From Hormiphora californensis (Eukaryota > Animalia > Ctenophora), in assembly GCA_020137815.1 (NCBI GenBank), contig CM035361.1, positions 6,262,001-6,326,000 of the forward strand: DNA of 64,000 nt, read 5' to 3'. The stretch's first letter is position 1; each line of letters opens with the position of its first letter. Made by a program: the position numbers and the translations under genes. The notes below the pieces were generated by a model. The model ran no database searches. It saw only the letters and a program-made list of their open reading frames with translations, and was not told the DNA's origin. Positions 58,463 to 64,000 of this stretch are shown one piece after another.

Positions 58463-58815
58463 ATTCCTCTGCTAATATTCGGAATTACAAACAGAATATA
58501 AGTGTGCTATTAATTCAGGTTTGGAACAAGCAAAACATAATGAATCCAGTGTGCTAGTGTTTAGAATGCGCTTCAGAACCGCAGGAGAGCTAATAGCGGG
58601 TAAATATGGGGGTATCTCTATTATAATTTGGAGATGTCGCGTCGAAGTCGAAGTCGTTCGTTAGGCGGTATCTACGCGACAGACTGCTCCTTCATAAAAC
58701 ACTTTATGTGGCCAAAGCTGTGAAGCTGATATTTACATTTTTGGAACTTCCAGTGGAAGTTTGTTAATATTTTCGAATGACTTTTAACATGCCAGTCTCC
58801 ATAGTTACCAATTCA

Positions 58816-58829
58816 GTTGCCATGGCAAC
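58816..58829. promoter_or_regulatory. Perfect palindromic RFX X-box motif GTTGCCATGGCAAC
   Basis: Exact match to the RFX consensus, ~350 bp upstream of the NPC2 ATG; function untested. Confidence 0.4.
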
Positions 58830-59653
58830 CGTGTTATTGACGTTGAAAGGGGTGAAAAGAACCACCCGGCGAAGCCGGGTGGGTTATCAAAAAGCCCTTA
58901 CTTGAGGCGCACCCAATGGGTGCGCTAGTATCATATATACTATATGCAGCAGTGACATTAAAGATGAGTAACAAAATGTTAAGGAAGCAGGCAGGTAAAA
59001 CAAAAAACACACAAATCGCGTGACTATCATACTAGAAGACTAGGAAGCTGATACATGTGTGTAGAGACATATGCTAAACTTCAGGATGCCTCTCTCTGGT
59101 AAATCACGTCAGATTTATTCGTGTACGGACAGCCGCCCCTACATGCCGGACAGTGGACAGTGGACACACTAACACACAGCAACAAATGAACTGCCTGAGA
59201 GAATGTTTTTCAACTGACACTCTGACAGTGAAATTTGAGTAGAAAATGAAGGAAAAGTACTGAGTCTGAGAATAGTGAATCTTTACTTAGAATCTCAAAC
59301 TGTTAATTACTCAGAATCCAAATCCTCAGTACAAATAGTCAGCAATTACACAACCAAAAGCCAGCTGTTTGATCGTTTCCTGGTATACCAAATATCGGTA
59401 CCGAGAATCGGAATTCTGCACTGAGAATCGTGAAATATCAAATCGTTTCTCTCTGTACTCAACTCATGTTAGATGTTAGATTCAGGCTCAAACTGAGTAG
59501 ACAGTCTGCAGACTCCTTCTGCCTACTGAGTAGACAGTATAGTAACACGTGCGAAGTGAACAAGGCGCAGCTTCAGGCAGTTTTCTGAGCTGGTCACACA
59601 ATATACAGAGCTAGATGTGATGGGAAAAGAGGAGAGAGAAACTGATAAGGGAC

Positions 59654-59900
<247 letters not shown>

Positions 59901-60145
59901 TGATAAGAGCTCTCAAGTCTCAGCTGACTAGCTGAGAGTCAGGTGATACGATAACGGACAATTTTATAACTCAATCTAAACTCTAAAGTAAGCTGATATG
60001 CGCGAAGGCAAGCAACCGCCACATTGAAGTTAAGACAAGAAGTGGGTCAATTGCATTCTTTAGTCGGGCGTGGTGGAGGGCATACAGGCTTTGATGTGGA
60101 TTGTGGCGCCACGCCACGCAAATTTCCCCAATACTACCCACTATA

Positions 60146-60315
60146 CAGTCGGACCCCGATTTAGTGACATCCTCGGGGGAATGGGTTTTGTCCACTAAAT
60201 CGGGGTGTCCACTAAATCGGGGTCAAATAATGTTAATTTCCTATATCGGAGAAAAAATCCTGCCACTAAATCGGAGAGCCATTAAATCGGGGGCCACTAA
60301 ATCGGGGTCCGACTG
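60146..60315. mobile_element. Tc1/mariner-type MITE (CAGTCGGACCCCGATTT family)
   Basis: TA TSD, perfect TIRs. Confidence 0.9.
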
Positions 60316-60932
60316 TACTATCCAATACTACCCAATACTACCCAATACTACGTGCGTTCTACACACTACTACCCAATACCACCCAATACCACCCAATACT
60401 ACCCAATACTACCCAATACTACCCAATACTACCCAATACTACCCAATACCACCCAATACTATCCAATATTACCCAATATACTACCAAATACTATCCAATA
60501 CCACCCAATACTACCCAATACCACCCAATACTATCCAATACTACCCAATACTACCCAATACCACCCAATACCACCCAATACCACCCAATACTACCCAATA
60601 CTACCCAAAACTACCCAACACTACCCAGTACTACCAGATACTATCCAATACTACCCAATACTATCCAATATTACCCAATACTACCAAATACTATCCAATA
60701 CCACCCAATACTACCCAATACCACCCAATACTATCCAATACTACCCAATACTACCCAATACCACCCAATACCACCCAATACTACCCAAAACTACCCAACA
60801 CTACCCAATACTACCCAGTACTACCAAATACTATCCAATACTACCCAATACCACCCAATACCACCCAATACTACCCAAATTCCAAAAATACCCAATGCTA
60901 GTCAATGCTACCCAATACTACCCAATACTACC
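60316..60932. repeat. 10-bp satellite (CCCAATACTA)n, about 55-60 copies
   Basis: Direct reading; explains the PNTTQYYPIL ORFs. Confidence 0.95.
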
Positions 60933-61412
60933 CGCCGCGCCGCCACACAGCTTCTCATTTAAAGCTGATTGGTATTGTATGGGTCCTGTTTAACTTGTTA
61001 AGTTGAACTTCAAAGGATGGCCTTAGGCCTAGTGGACCGAGTGGATCTGCTGGCTGTAAATGGACTCGGCCCTTGCTGAAATGCACCCCACAGATTCTAA
61101 TCAGTAAAAGGTATTGAGTTGCAACTTTGTAATACATGCTACTGCCAGCTGACTTTCAAACACTAGCTTTTTCAGATCACTTTCAGTATTTTGCATGCTG
61201 TTATTCATATGAAGTGAAGTGTGTACTGCAGTGTGCGGTGGTTTTTTCGTCCATATACCATTTGTTTTAAATACAGATCAGGTAGGATCGCACTCACAAC
61301 TTCAGAAAAAGGTCAGATACACACTATGGCACTAACTTCATCAAATTTGTAATACATGCTACTGCCAGCTGACTAGCTTTTCTAATTTCTACCCTAGGAT
61401 CAGATACACACT

Positions 61413-63733
61413 ATGGCACTAACTTCAGCAGATTTGGTCCAGCTTGTTCAGTTTATAGCGCCAGTTTTCACACCTCGTGATGGGAGTGGGGAGATCAACT
61501 TTGATATCATACCCGATTATTTTGAACACCTCTTGGAGACAGGTGTTCAGGGTAGGTTATAATAGGTCACCTTCCTATAGGTAGACTTCCTTAACTTCCT
61601 AGACATTACTCACTAGACTATGTGGTAACCTTTCTACTAAACTTTTTACTTTTCTCTGATCCCTCACACACTGTCAGAGCATGGCCTGACCTCAATCCTC
61701 ATTTCTCTCAAATAAGGAGAGCGCGAGAACTGTGGTCAGAGCATTGGCCTGACAGCTCACGCACAACTATGTTGTAACTTTCCAGGAATTTTAGTGGGTG
61801 GAACGGCCGGTCAGGGATTTCTCCAGAGTGTCCAAGATAGGATTAAAGTAGTGAGGGGCTTTATCTCGGCTGTAAGAGGACGCCTTCTGGTGATTGTACA
61901 TACTGGTACGTACGGTACATAGGGTGCCTGAATTCAGGTATACATTGTACCGATTGAATTCAGTCGCCCTAAATTTTAGGTCGCGCTATTTTTAGGTAGC
62001 GCGACCAGTGAACAATCCAGGGACTGAAGTTTTCCAGCTTCATGCCTATTTAATGTTTGAGGAGAGTGCCCCTTGATTTTTATACATTCAGGGGGTTGTG
62101 TGTGTGTTATACCTCCCGTAATTCCACCCAATTTCAGGAGGGTGCCCCTTGACGGATTGTGTTCACTTGACCCGTGTGGTATCTGAGATGAAGGGTGTTG
62201 ACGGGGTCATGTTATCACCACCCCTCTGTGCCCCTTATGGAGATACTACGGGGCTGAAACACTATCTACTGACTGCAGGTATCATGGGGTCCTGCTATTA
62301 CAAATATACAAGGATTGATTAATTATATACAACGACATAAACTTTGTGAATCACTGAATCGTGACCTTAATTTACTAAACTAGGGGGTACCGGGGAAACC
62401 CGGCGCTACCTTGGTGGGGCCTGACCGGGAGATCGAGCACGGCGCTCTGGGCAGCCATGTGTGTTGGTGACCTGAGGAGAGAACTGTGAAATCTAGGGAA
62501 CGCTGCTCCCCAACGACAGCAAGTGGGTGGAAGTACGGGAGGTACACGACACACACACACCTCTTTTGTAGGATTCTATCACGTAGTCTATAGGCGTCAG
62601 CGCCAGTTTGGGACATATGGCTCCTCCAAACTCGCTGGCGATTGTGTTGAAGTTGAGTAGTCATGTTCACGAAACGTGGTGAACAGGGGGTGAACAGATC
62701 AAATCGAGCAAACGATCAATCACACAACCGGCAGAGAGATGAATCAAGGATGCACGTGCAGTTTAAGGCTCAAGCTGGCAGGTTGCCAGGGTCCCTCTAG
62801 GGACAACACGTGCAAAAGGCCATTTCCAGGAATTTTGTGCCATATTTGGTAAAAAAACCATCACCCATCATTTCCCTATTTGCTTTAATAATAGTATGAT
62901 TACGGCCACGATTATTTAGCCTGATTAATATTTAATGTCACAGCTTTTTTGTACTATCTGATCTACCGTAGATTCTACAGTGTAGAATCTACACACCATA
63001 ACTGCACTGTGATTTACTCAGGACGTGCTGCAGTGCCAGGGGTACCGATCCTGTACTACCACTTCCCAACTCTAACCCACCTGGAGTACGATATTTTGGA
63101 TCTCACCCACTTCCTTATACGGGAACTTGGAGAGCAATTTCTGGGAATTAAATACACCGCTACAGATGAAAATGAATTTGAGGAACTGGTGGCGATCAAG
63201 GTAACAGTTGAACCATCAGCTTGTCCAATTGTAGGACATTAATGCACATTAGTGACTAATCTGCACTGCACCTATTACCCCTACAGGGCCCTGCTCTAGC
63301 CCTGCAGGGCCATACGTACCTAAATATGTAGGCGAGGCCATCAGATAAATTTATTGCCATTTCAGGGCTAACCAGAATTGACCCCATAGTGGGCCATAAA
63401 GGCCAAAAAATGCTAGACCAGGCAAATTATGGATTTTAGGGCTGGTATAATGGATATCCCCCTCCTCCCCAAAATAATGAGCCACTCTCACTTCTCAGGG
63501 TCTCAAGGTGTTTATTGGTTTTCCTAGTATGGTCCTAAATGCGGCACAAAAACTCAAAGGTACCGGTACAAGCGTTGCAATGATCACTGCAACTAATAAT
63601 TATGCAAACCGGGCTCTGAAGAAAATACTGGATTTTGTGGAAAGTGACAAGGATGCAGAGGCGATGGATTGGCAGAAGAAAGTTGATGATTTGATGGGAA
63701 ATGTTGTTCAAAAAGGTAACTTCTCCCTCTTTG

Positions 63734-63773
<40 letters not shown>

Positions 63774-63945
63774 TTTCTCTCTCTCTCCCTTCCCAGATGC
63801 ATTCATGATGTCCCTACAATTCCCTATGGAACTATTGGACCTGCCAATGGGCCCGCCCACGCTCCCGTTATCTGACCTCACAGCCGATGCAAAACGAGCC
63901 ATTCGGAATAAAGTTAGTGCCAAGGACACAGTTTTTGAAGTTTAG
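61413..63945 (+). CDS. N-acetylneuraminate lyase / DHDPS-family class I aldolase (NPL-like), 6 exons
   Basis: Exons 61413-61551, 61786-61905, 62138-62278, 63022-63200, 63499-63715, 63797-63945. Motifs APVFTP..GEINFD, GVQGILVGGTAGQG, VIVHTG, PILYYHFPTLT, LGIKYT (Schiff-base Lys), MGPPTLPL. Confidence 0.88.
61671..61755 (-). mobile_element. CTGTCAG MITE, full-length copy
   Basis: 8-bp TSD CTCACACA/CTCACGCA. Confidence 0.75.
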
Positions 63946-64000
63946 ATGAGGAATTCAGTGACTGTCCCACCATTCAATTAATAGACCAAGTGCAATTAGA

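Noticed and set aside
60101-60993. 266-aa and 213-aa PNTTQYY ORFs
   Set aside because: Translation of a MITE plus a 10-bp satellite.
63716-63796. Read-through SL tract in the 145-aa ORF of the aldolase
   Set aside because: 81-bp GT-AG intron containing a CT microsatellite, in frame by chance.

Overview
Repeat-rich eukaryotic (animal) genomic DNA with GT-AG spliceosomal introns. The MITE families and intron style are reminiscent of a pleurobrachiid ctenophore, but this is inference only. Four host genes were reconstructed by hand from splice phases: the 3' end of an adhesion-type GPCR (+, 1-2253); a ~46 kb gene with several alternative first exons ending in an NHL-repeat beta-propeller (+, 4377-50444); a complete NPC2/ML-domain gene (-, 51795-58462); and an N-acetylneuraminate lyase/DHDPS-family gene (+, 61413-63945). 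The NHL gene introns hold most of the unusual structure. (i) A 505-bp tandem array of a highly structured RNA-like unit with an internal inversion and a 13-bp target-site duplication: retrozyme-like, but with no recognisable hammerhead. (ii) A 1.34-kb near-perfect palindrome. (iii) A 12.4-kb two-gene PIF/Harbinger transposon. (iv) A satellite of ~80 copies of the intron's own 3' splice site, each directly followed by GT, interrupted by a piggyBac-type element with a CTAA target duplication. There are also many MITEs, a tRNA-Thr-like sequence inside a foldback element, and minisatellites made of TF-site-like motifs. A ~1.8-kb homopolymer block is most likely a sequencing artefact. Most ORFs in the supplied track are spurious translations of repeats.
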